The notes beneath the pieces are model-generated. The model had not been told where the DNA came from. It worked only from the letters and a program-made list of their open reading frames with translations, and did not search any database. Both the position numbers and the translations under genes were made by a program. A stretch of DNA of 49,333 nucleotides. Source: an uncultured Candidatus Saccharibacteria bacterium. Lineage in GTDB: Bacteria; Patescibacteriota; Minisyncoccia; Minisyncoccales; DG-74-3. Positions 34,875-44,500 of this stretch are shown one piece after another. The stretch lies in NCBI GenBank assembly GCA_964504075.1, contig CAZDCT010000001.1:1333-50665 (forward strand). Direction: 5' to 3'. The first letter of the stretch is position 1. Each line of letters starts with the position of its first letter.

Positions 34875-36407
34875 TTATTCTACAATAACCTGCTCACCTT
34901 CTTCTAATCCGGAAATAACTTCAATCATATCATCACTCCCCAAAAGACCTGTTTTTATTTCTTTTTCTTTAACAACTCCATTCTCAAAGATTTTAACAAT
35001 CTGCTGGCCATTCTTTTTCTCAATAGCATCTTCTGGAATAACTAAGACGTTTTCCTTAGAATTAACTTTAATTATTAAATCAGCTGTCATTCCTGATTTT
35101 ACTCTTTCTGGCGTTTCCTCAAAAACAATAACTACCTTGTAATATACAACACCTTCAATCAATTTCTCGGCTGGGTCAATTGATACTACTCTGCCAGGAA
35201 AAATATCATCTGGAAAAGCAATCAAGGAAATATCTACTGGGTTATCAACGTTAATTTTAACAATATCTTCTTCGTAAATATCTACTTCTATATTAAAAGG
35301 ATCAGCTGGTAAAAGAGTAATAACTGTGTCTTGTGATTGAGCCATCTCTCCCACCCTCTTTTCTATTTTTGCTATCTGTCCCCTAACAGGACTACGTAAA
35401 TTAACATCTTCTATTTGATTTTCCAGAATATCAACTTGAGCTTGAGCTTGGTCTAATTGAGCCTCATAAAGAGTAATGTCTTCTTGTCTGGCTGGAGCTG
35501 TTAATAAAGATAAATCATCTTTAGCTTTTTGAAGTTCACCTTGAGCTGTAATAACAGCCAATTTTTTAGCAATAATTGTCTGTTGGGCATTAACAATATC
35601 AGTCAACACATCATTAATATTGTCCCTCTCAGTGTTAAGAGAAGTTTTATTAGCAGAAGAAACTAAATCACGATAAGCAACCGTTTCACAGATTTCACGA
35701 ATAACCTTTAAACTGTCTGAAATATCAGCTAACTCATCTTTTACTTGAGATAAAGCTTTTTCAATGTCTTCATCTAATCCTGTTTCCCTGGTTGTATCAA
35801 GAGAAGATTTAATTTGGAAAACAGCTGTTCTAATTTTCTCTTCTTCCTCTCTAACAACAATCCCCTCTTGATTATTCCCCGTAAAGTAGCTTCTTTGAAC
35901 TGTATCGACTGAATTTTGAGCGTTATAGGTTTTTAAAAAAGAATCTTCTAAAACATTCAAAGAGTCCTGATAAGCATCATCTAGATTTTGCTCAGCTATC
36001 TCCAAATCAATCTCTTCATTGTCAACTTTGGTCTGAGCAACCTTAATTTCTTGATTAGAAGAACCAACCAACAGTTTATCCAACTCGGCTTGAGCAATAA
36101 TTAATGCTGATTTAGCTTCCTTAAGCTCAATTTCAAGCTTGCTTGTCTCTAATTTTGCCAGAACCTGTCCAATGTTCACCTCTTGACCAACCTCAGTATA
36201 AATACTCTTAATTTCACCTGTGCTTTTAAAGCTCAGATTTATCTTGTCTCCTTTTTTAACCTGACCTGTTTCTGATACTTCTTGGCAAACAGTTCCTTGA
36301 TATACTTTGACTATATTAAAAGAAGGTTTTTCTGGACCAGAAAAAACCTTTATCAAAACTATTACAGCAAAAATTATAACAGCAATTGTGATTAATTTTT
36401 TATTCAT
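34875..36407 (-). CDS. HlyD/MacA-family periplasmic adaptor protein
   Basis: I start at ATG 36407 (MNKKLITIAV..., TM). The listed longer ORF runs into tRNA-Trp. Lipoyl-like hairpin, long coiled coil, beta-barrel. Confidence 0.85.
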   Translation of the reverse strand: MNKKLITIAVIIFAVIVLIKVFSGPEKPSFNIVKVYQGTVCQEVSETGQVKKGDKINLSFKSTGEIKSIYTEVGQEVNIGQVLAKLETSKLEIELKEAKSALIIAQAELDKLLVGSSNQEIKVAQTKVDNEEIDLEIAEQNLDDAYQDSLNVLEDSFLKTYNAQNSVDTVQRSYFTGNNQEGIVVREEEEKIRTAVFQIKSSLDTTRETGLDEDIEKALSQVKDELADISDSLKVIREICETVAYRDLVSSANKTSLNTERDNINDVLTDIVNAQQTIIAKKLAVITAQGELQKAKDDLSLLTAPARQEDITLYEAQLDQAQAQVDILENQIEDVNLRSPVRGQIAKIEKRVGEMAQSQDTVITLLPADPFNIEVDIYEEDIVKINVDNPVDISLIAFPDDIFPGRVVSIDPAEKLIEGVVYYKVVIVFEETPERVKSGMTADLIIKVNSKENVLVIPEDAIEKKNGQQIVKIFENGVVKEKEIKTGLLGSDDMIEVISGLEEGEQVIVE

Positions 36408-36422
36408 AAAACAATATGGAGA

Positions 36423-36496
36423 TGGCGGGGATTGAGGGAGTCGAACCCCCATCAACAGTTTTGGAGACTGCTATTCTGCCATTAAACTAAACCCCC
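36423..36496 (-). tRNA. tRNA-Trp (anticodon CCA), 3' CCA encoded
   Basis: Reverse complement is GGGGGUU...GCAGU-CUCCAAA-ACUGU...GGGGG-UUCGACU-CCCUC-AAUCCCC-G-CCA. Confidence 0.85.
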
Positions 36497-36536
36497 ATCT
36501 TTAATCAACAAGCGATAGCGAAGGTAAAGAAGAGAT

Positions 36537-36701
36537 TTATTTCTTCGCCTCCTTATGCAAAGTATGTTTTTTACACCATTTACAAAATTTCTTCAACTCT
36601 AATTTACCTTTTTTGTTGAGCATTTTGGATTTACGAGTAAAGTAATTTATCCTTTTACATTCTTGACACTGAAGTTTAACAAATGGATTTTTTTTAGCCA
36701 T
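36537..36701 (-). CDS. rpmG: 50S ribosomal protein L33
   Basis: [25 protein letters not shown]...[12 protein letters not shown] zinc-ribbon L33. The listed N-terminal extension overlaps tRNA-Thr. Confidence 0.9.
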   Translation of the reverse strand: MAKKNPFVKLQCQECKRINYFTRKSKMLNKKGKLELKKFCKWCKKHTLHKEAKK

Positions 36702-36724
36702 AATTATTTCAAATATTAATTTTG

Positions 36725-36797
36725 AGCCGAGAACGAGACTTGAACTCGTGACCTTTCCCTTACCATGGGAATGCTCTACCAACTGAGCTATCTCGGC
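36725..36797 (-). tRNA. tRNA-Thr (anticodon GGU)
   Basis: Reverse complement is GCCGAGAUAGCUCAGUUGGUAGAGCA-UUCCC-AUGGUAA-GGGAA-AGGUC-ACGAG-UUCAAGU-CUCGU-UCUCGGC-U. Confidence 0.85.
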
Positions 36798-36805
36798 AAC
36801 AAATG

Positions 36806-36889
36806 TGGGTGGTGAGGGATTTGCACCCCCGTAGGCCAGAGGCCGTCAGTTTTACAGACTGATGCGTTTGACTACTCCGCCAACCACCC
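36806..36889 (-). tRNA. tRNA-Tyr (anticodon GUA), long variable arm
   Basis: Reverse complement is GGGUGGUUGGCGGAG...UCAGU-CUGUAAA-ACUGA-CGGCCUCUGGCCUAC-GGGGG-UGCAAAU-CCCUC-ACCACCC-A. Confidence 0.85.
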
Positions 36890-36919
36890 TGAGCAATGCT
36901 TATCTTATCAAACAATTAG

Positions 36920-37591
36920 TTATTTTTCAATCACTTTCTGATGTTTTTTTCTCCACTCTTCAATCTTTTTATGATGACCAGACAATAAAATCTTTGGTAC
37001 TTTCCATTTTTTACCCTTAATCGGTTCAAAAACCTCAGGTCTGGTATATTGAGGATATTCAATAAAACCTTTTTCTTTAGTAATTCTTTGTTTTAATAAT
37101 TGTTTTTTCCCCAAAACACCAGGAATTAATCTAGACACTGTTTCAACTATTATCATGGCCGGTATTTCTCCTCCCATTAAATCGTAAGGGCCAACAGAGA
37201 GCTCAATATCAGCTATTTTCTTAGCTACTCTTTCGTCTACTCCCTCATACCTACCACAAATCATTATTATTTGATTCAATTTAGAAAGTTGATAAGCTAT
37301 TTTCTGATTAAATTGCTTGCCTCTTGGTGTAAAAAGAATGATTTTTGATTTTGTATTTGATTTTTTAATCTTTTTTACTGCCTTATAAATTGGTTCGATT
37401 TTAAAAACCATACCCAATCCTCCACCAAAAGGACGATCATCAATAGTTTGATGCTTATCCTTGACCCAATTCCTTAAATTATGGACTTTTATTTTGATTT
37501 TTTTCTTTTTTTGGGCCTTTTTAATAAGAGATTCTTTGAAATAAGAATCAAAGATTTGAGGAAAAATTGTAATAATATCAAACTGAATCAT
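36920..37591 (-). CDS. trmD: tRNA (guanine37-N1)-methyltransferase TrmD
   Basis: MIQFDIITIFPQIF, DDRPFGGG, ICGRYEGVDERV, LSGHH motifs. I prefer ATG 37591. Confidence 0.9.
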   Translation of the reverse strand: MIQFDIITIFPQIFDSYFKESLIKKAQKKKKIKIKVHNLRNWVKDKHQTIDDRPFGGGLGMVFKIEPIYKAVKKIKKSNTKSKIILFTPRGKQFNQKIAYQLSKLNQIIMICGRYEGVDERVAKKIADIELSVGPYDLMGGEIPAMIIVETVSRLIPGVLGKKQLLKQRITKEKGFIEYPQYTRPEVFEPIKGKKWKVPKILLSGHHKKIEEWRKKHQKVIEK

Positions 37592-37611
37592 ACCAAGATG
37601 ATAGCACATAA

Positions 37612-37649
37612 AACAAAAACTGGCTACCTTACGCAGCGCAGTTTTTGTT
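37612..37649 (-). other. Long hairpin between KH-protein gene and trmD (partial terminator or processing site candidate)
   Basis: AACAAAAACUG...CAGUUUUUGUU 11-bp stem with a structured 16-nt loop, followed by UUAUG. Confidence 0.4.
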
Positions 37650-37662
37650 AATTTAGCACGGA

Positions 37663-38010
37663 TTATAATTTTAGATCTTCTAGTTCTTCTTTAGCGGGAG
37701 CTGCTTCCTTTGTTTCAGCTGGAGCTGCTCTGCCACCTTCCGGTTCTTCAATCTTTAAATTCACTCTGGCGTGATTTTTAAGACCAACAATACGAACCAA
37801 GCTTCTAATGGAACGAGCAGTGCTTCCTGCTTTACCAATGATCTGGCCCATGTCTTCGGCATGTACTACTAGTGAGAGTAAAACCCCCATTTCGTCAACC
37901 GTACGATCAACTTTAACATCATCTGGGTGATCAACTAAAGCTTTTACAATAAATTCGAGAAAATCTTTATCACTGTATTCTTTTGCCATAATCTTTTCTA
38001 GTTTATTCAT
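37663..38010 (-). CDS. KH-domain RNA-binding protein (YlqC/UPF0109 family) with acidic C-terminal tail
   Basis: LEFIVKALVDHPDDVKV...GQIIGKAGSTARSIRSLV (GxxG KH motif). Slot between rpsP and trmD. Confidence 0.8.
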   Translation of the reverse strand: MNKLEKIMAKEYSDKDFLEFIVKALVDHPDDVKVDRTVDEMGVLLSLVVHAEDMGQIIGKAGSTARSIRSLVRIVGLKNHARVNLKIEEPEGGRAAPAETKEAAPAKEELEDLKL

Positions 38011-38071
38011 TTATTCATAGATCGACCTTTCAATTCTATTATCTGTTATTATACTCTGTTTTTAGTTTCTG

Positions 38072-38605
38072 TCAATTTTCTTTAACAGTTTCCTTTTTAC
38101 TTTCTTTTGCTTCTTCTTTTTTTTCTTCTTTCGCTTCTTTTTTTGTCTCTTCTGGTTTTTCTTCTGCCTCAGGCTTATTTTCTTTTTTCTCCTTTACCTT
38201 AGCTTCCTTGGATTTTTCTTGAATGTCTTTCTTTTTCTCTTCTACTATTTCCGGCTTAATCTCTTTTTTGGGCTCTTCTTGAATTTCTCCCTCTGGCTTT
38301 ACTGCCTCAACTTTTTCTTCAGCAACCTTTTTCTTCTTAGCCTTTTTGTGCTTAGCAATTTTCTTTCCTTCAATGATTTTTTCATCAATTAAAAAATTGT
38401 GAACAGTGTCTGATGCCTGAGCTCCTTTTGAAAGCCAATACTTAATTCTTTCGCCATTAATCTTTCTTTCTTTTGTTAAGGGGTTCCAAAAACCAACCCT
38501 TTCTACAAATCGACCAGCCTTGGCTGATTTCCTTTTGTCAGTAACAACAATTCTAAAAAAGGGTTGATTTTTTTTACCAGTTCTCAATAAACGAATAACT
38601 AACAT
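38072..38605 (-). CDS. rpsP: 30S ribosomal protein S16 with ~95-aa K/E-rich C-terminal tail
   Basis: MLVIRLLRTGKKNQPFFRIVVTDKR...GFWNP...YWLSKGAQ core, then a lysine/glutamate low-complexity tail. Confidence 0.9.
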   Translation of the reverse strand: MLVIRLLRTGKKNQPFFRIVVTDKRKSAKAGRFVERVGFWNPLTKERKINGERIKYWLSKGAQASDTVHNFLIDEKIIEGKKIAKHKKAKKKKVAEEKVEAVKPEGEIQEEPKKEIKPEIVEEKKKDIQEKSKEAKVKEKKENKPEAEEKPEETKKEAKEEKKEEAKESKKETVKEN

Positions 38606-38639
38606 AAATAAATATCAAATATTAAATAATATTATTAGT

Positions 38640-39332
38640 TTACCAGCCTTTTATTTCCAAAGCCTTTTTAGCAGCATCTTCTTCTGCCTCTTGTTTTGAA
38701 GATCCCTCGCCCTCAGCCACTAATTCTTTTTCCAAATAAACTCCGATAATAAAATGTTTAACATGGTCTGGACCCCATTGTTTTGAAACTTTGTAAATAG
38801 GAGTAATTCCAACCTTTTCCTGTGATTGTTCTTGAAAAAGAGATTTAGAATCCTTATACAACCCAGCTTCAATTATATGAGGCAGATCTTTTATTAAATA
38901 TTTTTTAATAAATTCTTTACATTTTTTATATCCTAGGTCAAGATAAGCTGCTCCTATAAAAGATTCAAGAGCATTAGCTAAAATATATTGCCTAGCTTTT
39001 CCTGTTTCTTTTGTTTCTCCCTTAGAAAGCAATAAAAAATTATTAAAATTTAATTCTCCAGCTATTTTAGAAAGTTCATTAGCATTAACCAGAGAAGCTC
39101 TCCAATTAGTTAATTGTCCCTCTGGTTCGTCTGGATATTGCTGAAATAAATATTCAGTTACCACTAATTCTAAAACAGCATCTCCCAAAAACTCTAATCT
39201 CTCATTATGATTTAAATTGAAATCTGGATTTTCATTTAAAAAAGAACGATGACAAAAGGCTTGTACCAATAAATCTTTGTTTTTAAATTTTAATCCTGTT
39301 TTCTTTTCAAGTGGTGAAAAATCTTTTTTCAT
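38640..39332 (-). CDS. rnc: Ribonuclease III
   Basis: NERLEFLGDAVLELVV signature, dsRBD at the C-terminus (GEGSSKQEAEEDAAKKAL). Confidence 0.92.
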   Translation of the reverse strand: MKKDFSPLEKKTGLKFKNKDLLVQAFCHRSFLNENPDFNLNHNERLEFLGDAVLELVVTEYLFQQYPDEPEGQLTNWRASLVNANELSKIAGELNFNNFLLLSKGETKETGKARQYILANALESFIGAAYLDLGYKKCKEFIKKYLIKDLPHIIEAGLYKDSKSLFQEQSQEKVGITPIYKVSKQWGPDHVKHFIIGVYLEKELVAEGEGSSKQEAEEDAAKKALEIKGW

Positions 39333-39754
39333 TATTTCTTTATTTCTTTAAAAACTGTTCCTAAAACACCATTAATAAATCTTCCTGAACTTTCTCCTCC
39401 AAAACCCTTAGCTAATTCAATTGCCTCATTAATAGCCACTTTTGGAGGGACAGCTTCTTTGTCTCCAAACAACAGTTCATAAAGGCCAATTCTCAGAATG
39501 TTTCTGTCAACTATATTAATCTGATTTATTGGCCACTGAGGAGCAGCTTTTTCAATAATACTATTAATTTCTTTAAGATATTGAATGACACCGGTTACTA
39601 ATTGCCAAACAAATCCATCATTATCTTCTAATCCTGGCCCAAATTCTTTTATATTTTTCTCAACTATTTTTTTTAAATCTTGTTTTTGGTCAAAAAAATC
39701 CCATTCGTACAAACTCTGCATTGCTATTGATCTTGATAGGTGCCTAGAAGACAT
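39332..39754 (-). CDS. nusB: Transcription antitermination factor NusB
   Basis: [18 protein letters not shown]..., [30 protein letters not shown]. Confidence 0.88.
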   Translation of the reverse strand: MSSRHLSRSIAMQSLYEWDFFDQKQDLKKIVEKNIKEFGPGLEDNDGFVWQLVTGVIQYLKEINSIIEKAAPQWPINQINIVDRNILRIGLYELLFGDKEAVPPKVAINEAIELAKGFGGESSGRFINGVLGTVFKEIKK

Positions 39755-39786
39755 AAAATTAGTAATTAATAAACGTTAAATAATAA

Positions 39787-40083
39787 TTATGATTTACGTG
39801 ACAATTCTTTCAAGCTTAAAGTTTTATTTCTCGTTTCTTTTTTCTTTCCTTTCTCTTGAACAGCCATTTCTTTTGCCTTAACTTTTCTTTCCTTTTTGGT
39901 TAACTTTTCTAAAACATTAATGACCTCCTTGTTTTTGTAATATCCACAACTTGGACAAACAATATGTGGCTTCTTTGGTTTACCGCACTTAGGACAAGAA
40001 ACCAAATTTGGCTCTTTAATAAAGAGGTTTCTTCTTATGTCATTTCTCTTTCCTTTAGTATGTTTTCCCCTTGGAACAGCCAT
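39787..40083 (-). CDS. rpmF: 50S ribosomal protein L32 with basic C-terminal extension
   Basis: MAVPRGKHTKGKRNDIRR, CPKCG...CPSCGYY zinc ribbon. Confidence 0.88.
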   Translation of the reverse strand: MAVPRGKHTKGKRNDIRRNLFIKEPNLVSCPKCGKPKKPHIVCPSCGYYKNKEVINVLEKLTKKERKVKAKEMAVQEKGKKKETRNKTLSLKELSRKS

Positions 40084-40115
40084 AATGTCGTTAATATACC
40101 AGAAACTTTTATGTT

Positions 40116-40748
40116 TTACAAGGACCGAATCGGTCTAAAAGTCATCCTATGTATCTTGCAGGGACCATGTTTTTTAATCATTGTCCGGTGTAACTTGGTC
40201 GCATATCCTTTATGTTTGTTAAATCCATATTGAGGATATTTTTTATGATATCTTTTCATAATTCTATCTCTTGTTACTTTAGCGATTATGGAAGCAGCTG
40301 CTATTGAAAAAACCTTACTATCCCCTTTTCTAATTGATTTCTGAGGAATGTCTAAATCGATTTTAAAATTTCCATCTAAAATTAAATAATCAATTTTTAA
40401 ATTATTTACTGCTTTTTTCATTGCCAATTTAGTTGCTTCTAAAATATTGATTTTATCAATCATTTTTTCTGAAACTTTACCTATTCCCCATTCTATATTT
40501 GGCTCTTTTACTAAAAGCTTATAAAGCACTTCTCTCTTCTTAGGACTAAGTTTCTTTGAATCCTTCACTTCTTTCAATAAACCTTTAGCTTTAAATTGCG
40601 GTCTTGCGCTTTGCCTTTTGCTCTTTACCCTTATCATTACTGCTGCTGCCACCACTGGCCCAGCCAATGATCCACGACCAGCCTCATCTAAACCAGCCAC
40701 ATATTTATATCCTCTTTTCCATAATCTTTTTTCTCTATTTAAATTCAT
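40116..40748 (-). CDS. rnhB: Ribonuclease HII
   Basis: VAGLDEAGRGSLAGPVVAAAV, LDGN, DSKVFSIAAASIIAKVTRD, GY.TK.H. I prefer ATG 40748 because an extended -10 lies 6 nt upstream. Confidence 0.9.
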   Translation of the reverse strand: MNLNREKRLWKRGYKYVAGLDEAGRGSLAGPVVAAAVMIRVKSKRQSARPQFKAKGLLKEVKDSKKLSPKKREVLYKLLVKEPNIEWGIGKVSEKMIDKINILEATKLAMKKAVNNLKIDYLILDGNFKIDLDIPQKSIRKGDSKVFSIAAASIIAKVTRDRIMKRYHKKYPQYGFNKHKGYATKLHRTMIKKHGPCKIHRMTFRPIRSL

Positions 40749-40754
40749 TCTCTC

Positions 40755-40763
40755 ATAATAGCA
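40755..40763 (-). promoter_or_regulatory. Extended -10 element (TGcTATTAT) 6 nt before rnhB ATG (leaderless candidate)
   Basis: Minus strand TGCTATTAT, GAGAGA, ATG (40748). No SD. Confidence 0.45.
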
Positions 40764-40809
40764 TAATTGGGGGATGTCCGACGTCCCCATATTAACATCA
40801 ATCTAAACC

Positions 40810-40838
40810 TTGACTATTTTAAAAAAAGTATCTAAAAT
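40810..40838 (+). promoter_or_regulatory. Promoter of SIS-domain gene
   Basis: TTGACT (40810-40815), 17 nt, TAAAAT (40833-40838). ATG 13 nt downstream, no SD. Confidence 0.6.
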
Positions 40839-40851
40839 AAAATAGATCCTT

Positions 40852-41487
40852 ATGGTAAATGGAATCTCTGATGGAATAGCGGGGCTAATGCTGACGATAG
40901 AAAAAGAGCTCGTTAAAATATCAAAAAAACCAGATCCAGAAATTGAAAAACTGATTGAAATATTCATATCTATACATAAAAAACTCTTCTTTTCAAAAGG
41001 GTTTATTACGGACATGCCAACAATCTTCTTTGGCGGAGCGGGTATATCACAAAGAAGGGCCTTAGATCTTGGAACAAGATTTGGCCAGCTTGGCTTCAGG
41101 GTTGGAAATCTTGATGACGGATGCGTTACCAATATAGATACGGTAATATATTTCTCATCTTCTGCAACAACTCTTAAAACTGTGAGCAATTTCAATCTGG
41201 TCAGGGAAACGGCCCCAGGGGCCACAATAATTGTTTTTACTTCAAATCCGGATGAAGAAATGCCAAAGAGAGCTGATTTGACAATTTGGTTACCCGGCAG
41301 AACAGATGTCCAAGATGAAGAATCTCCACTTGCTTTACTGGGTGCTAATTTTGAATCAGCTTGTGATAAACTAGTAAGCATTCTTGTTCATAAAATAAGA
41401 GAGAAAATCGCAGAATCAGAAAAACTGCCAGTAGAAGAAAGTTCTGTGTCAGAAACCGCAATGCGAAAACGTCACGCTCCAGTCTAA
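40852..41487 (+). CDS. SIS-domain protein (6-phospho-3-hexuloisomerase-like, degenerate motifs)
   Basis: IFFGGAGISQRRALDLGTRFGQLGF...VIYFSSSATTLKTV...GATIIVFTSNPD...ADLTIWLP follows the SIS/PHI pattern. GC visibly higher (~45%). Has its own promoter and terminator. Confidence 0.65.
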   Translation: MVNGISDGIAGLMLTIEKELVKISKKPDPEIEKLIEIFISIHKKLFFSKGFITDMPTIFFGGAGISQRRALDLGTRFGQLGFRVGNLDDGCVTNIDTVIYFSSSATTLKTVSNFNLVRETAPGATIIVFTSNPDEEMPKRADLTIWLPGRTDVQDEESPLALLGANFESACDKLVSILVHKIREKIAESEKLPVEESSVSETAMRKRHAPV

Positions 41488-41497
41488 GTGTTCTAAA

Positions 41498-41524
41498 AGG
41501 AAGTACTCACACTTCCTGTTTTTT
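41498..41524 (+). terminator. Intrinsic terminator of SIS-domain gene
   Basis: AGGAAGU-ACUCAC-ACUUCCU followed by GUUUUUUAUUCUUUUUUU. Confidence 0.75.
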
Positions 41525-41551
41525 ATTCTTTTTTTACTTTTTCTGTCAAGA

Positions 41552-41560
41552 TGGTATAGT
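41552..41560 (+). promoter_or_regulatory. Extended -10 (TGgTATAGT) 11 nt before dnaE ATG
   Basis: TGGTATAGT then AATATAATTTT then ATG 41572. No SD. Confidence 0.4.
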
Positions 41561-41571
41561 AATATAATTTT

Positions 41572-44500
41572 ATGAAATTTACCCACCTTCATGTTCATAG
41601 TCATTATTCTTTACTTGATGGTTTATCCAAAATCGATGAACTTCTAGATTATGTCAAGGAGTTAGGCATGGATTCAGTAGCAGTCACAGATCATGGAAAT
41701 ATTTACGGAGCAGTAGAATTCTATAAAAAAGCTAAGGCAAAAGGAATTAAACCAATAATTGGATGTGAGATTTATTTGTCTTACGAAAAGATGTCTCAAA
41801 AGAGACCAAATATTGATGACAAGAGATTCCACCTAATTTTATTAGTTAAAAACGAACAAGGTTATAAAAATTTAGTAAAGCTAATAACCAAAGCCCATTT
41901 AGAGGGCTTTTATTATAGGCCAAGGGTTGATGAAGAATTATTGGCTCAACATTCAGAAGGCTTAATTGCTTGCTCAGCCTGTCTTCAAGGTAAGATTCCT
42001 CAATTAATTCTGGCCAAGAAAATAGAAGAAGCAGAAAAATTGGCTTTAAAATATCAACAAATATTTGGCAAAGGTAATTTTTACCTAGAACTTCAAAATC
42101 ATCCCAACATTAAAGAACAAGGAGTTGTCAATCAAGAATTAATTAAAATCTCTAAAAAATTAAATATTCCCTTGATAGCTACTAATGATAGTCATTACTT
42201 AAAACCAGAAGATGCTGAAGCTCAAGATATTTTAATGCTTATTAATACTGGAGGCGATCTTAATGATCGTGACAGATTAACTCTTAAGGCAGATGATTTT
42301 TCTTTGAAGTCTCCTCAAAAAATGATTAAAGATTTCAAACATGTACCTCAGGCAATTGAAAATACTCAAAAAATTGTTGAGCAATGTAATTTTGAATTTA
42401 TTTTAGGCGAAACAAAGCTTCCCAAATTTCAAGTCCCTAACGGAAAAACACCAGACGACTATTTAAAAGAATTATGCTTAGTAGGTATTAAAAAGAGATA
42501 TCAGATTATTAAACAAAAAGAACCAATGAAAAGGTTAGAGTACGAACTTTCAATAATCAAAAAAATGGGTTTTGCTTCCTATTTCTTAATTGTCCAAGAT
42601 TTTGTTAATTGGGCAAAAGAAAATAGAATTGTTGTTGGACCTGGGCGAGGAAGTGTAGCCGGTTCAATCACCTCTTATGCCCTAAACATCACTACTGTTG
42701 ATCCTTTAAAATACAACCTTCTTTTTGAAAGATTTTTAAATCCTTCCCGCATTTCAATGCCTGATATTGATTTAGATTTTACCGATAGAAGAAGAGATGA
42801 GGTTATTGATTATGTAAGTCAAAAATATGGAAAAGATAGAGTGGCTCAAATTATCACCTTTGGAACAATGGCTGCTCGAGCTGCCATCAGAGACGTAGGA
42901 AGAGCTTTAGGATACCCTTATGGATATTGTGACAGAATTGCTAAATTGATTCCCTTTGGTTTTAAATTAGATCATACTCTTAAAAAAATAGTTGAGTTTC
43001 GTCAGATCTATGAGACTGAAGAACAAGCAAAAAGACTCATTGATTTTGCCAGAAAATTAGAAGGAACAGTTCGCCACGTATCAACTCATGCCTGCGGTAT
43101 TGTTATTTCAGCTGAACCTTTAGACAACATTGTTCCTCTTCAACATCCAACCCAAGATGATACATCTATTGTTACTCAATATGAAATGCATGCTATTGAG
43201 GATCTTGGTCTTTTAAAAATGGATTTCTTGGGATTAAAAAATCTAACTATTATTGAGGATACCTTAGCCAGAATATATGCAATTCGAAAAAAAAGCATTG
43301 ATATTGAAAAGCTTGCTCCAGGAGATAGAAAAACATACCAGTTATTGCAAAAAGCTGAGACAATAGGTGTTTTTCAATTGGAAGGCGAAGGAATTAGGAG
43401 GTATTTAAAACAGCTAAAACCAACAGAATTTGAAGACATTATTGCTATGATTGCCCTCTATCGACCAGGACCAATGTCTCTTATTCCTGAGTATATTCAA
43501 AGAAAAGAAGGGAAAAGAAAAATTGAATATATTCATCCCAGCCTAGAAACCATTCTAAAACCAACTTATGGAATAATGATTTTTCAAGAACAACTTATGC
43601 AAATTGCTCAAGAATTGGCTGGTTTTTCCCTTGCTGAAGCTGATATATTAAGAAAAGCAGTTGGTAAAAAAATAGAAAGTTTACTCGTAGCCCAAAAAGA
43701 AAAATTTATTGATGGTGCAATAAAAAATGGGGTTAAAAGAGAAATTGCTTCTAAGGTTTGGGATTGGATTTTACCTTTTGCTCGTTATGGTTTCAACAAA
43801 AGCCATAGTGCTTGTTATGCAACCATTGCTTATCAAACAGCTTATTTAAAAACACACTATCCAGTAGAGTTTATGTCAGCTCTTCTTACTTCTGAAAAAT
43901 CAGATACTGAAAGGATTGGTTTTCTAATTGATGAATGTAAAAAAATGAAGATTGAAGTATTAGCTCCAGACATAAATGAAAGTTTTAGAAACTTTTCAGT
44001 TGTTCCCAAAACTAATAAAATAAGATTTGGTTTGTTTGCGATTAAAAATGTTGGCGAAAATATTGTTAATTCAATTATTTCTGAAAGAAAGGCTGATGGG
44101 CCATATAAATCAATAACAGATTTTATTTCCAGAGTTGACCCTCAGGTTATTAATAAGAAATCTTTAGAAAGCCTAATTAAGGCTGGGGTTTTTGATAAAT
44201 TCGCAGAAAGAAATCAACTTTTACATAATATTGAAAGATTATTAAGTTATGCTCGAGAAAATAAAAATCAGAAAATTTCAGGACAAAAAATTCTTTTTTC
44301 TAAAAAAACTTTCAACTCAGACTTTTATCTTGAACCCGCTCCTCCAGCCAAAAAAAGTGAAAAATTAAATTGGGAAAAAGAATTGTTAGGACTTTTTGTA
44401 ACAAGTCATCCACTAGATGACTTCCGAGCTATTTTAGCAAAAAATGCAGTTAGAATTTCTGAATTGACTCCATCTCTTAATTATAATCAAGTTAGAATAG

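Noticed and set aside
40803-41381. 192-aa minus-strand ORF antisense to the SIS-domain gene.
   Set aside because: The protein is Ser/Pro-rich junk with no motifs. The plus-strand frame has SIS motifs plus a matching promoter and terminator, so the minus ORF is a shadow of a GC-richer gene.
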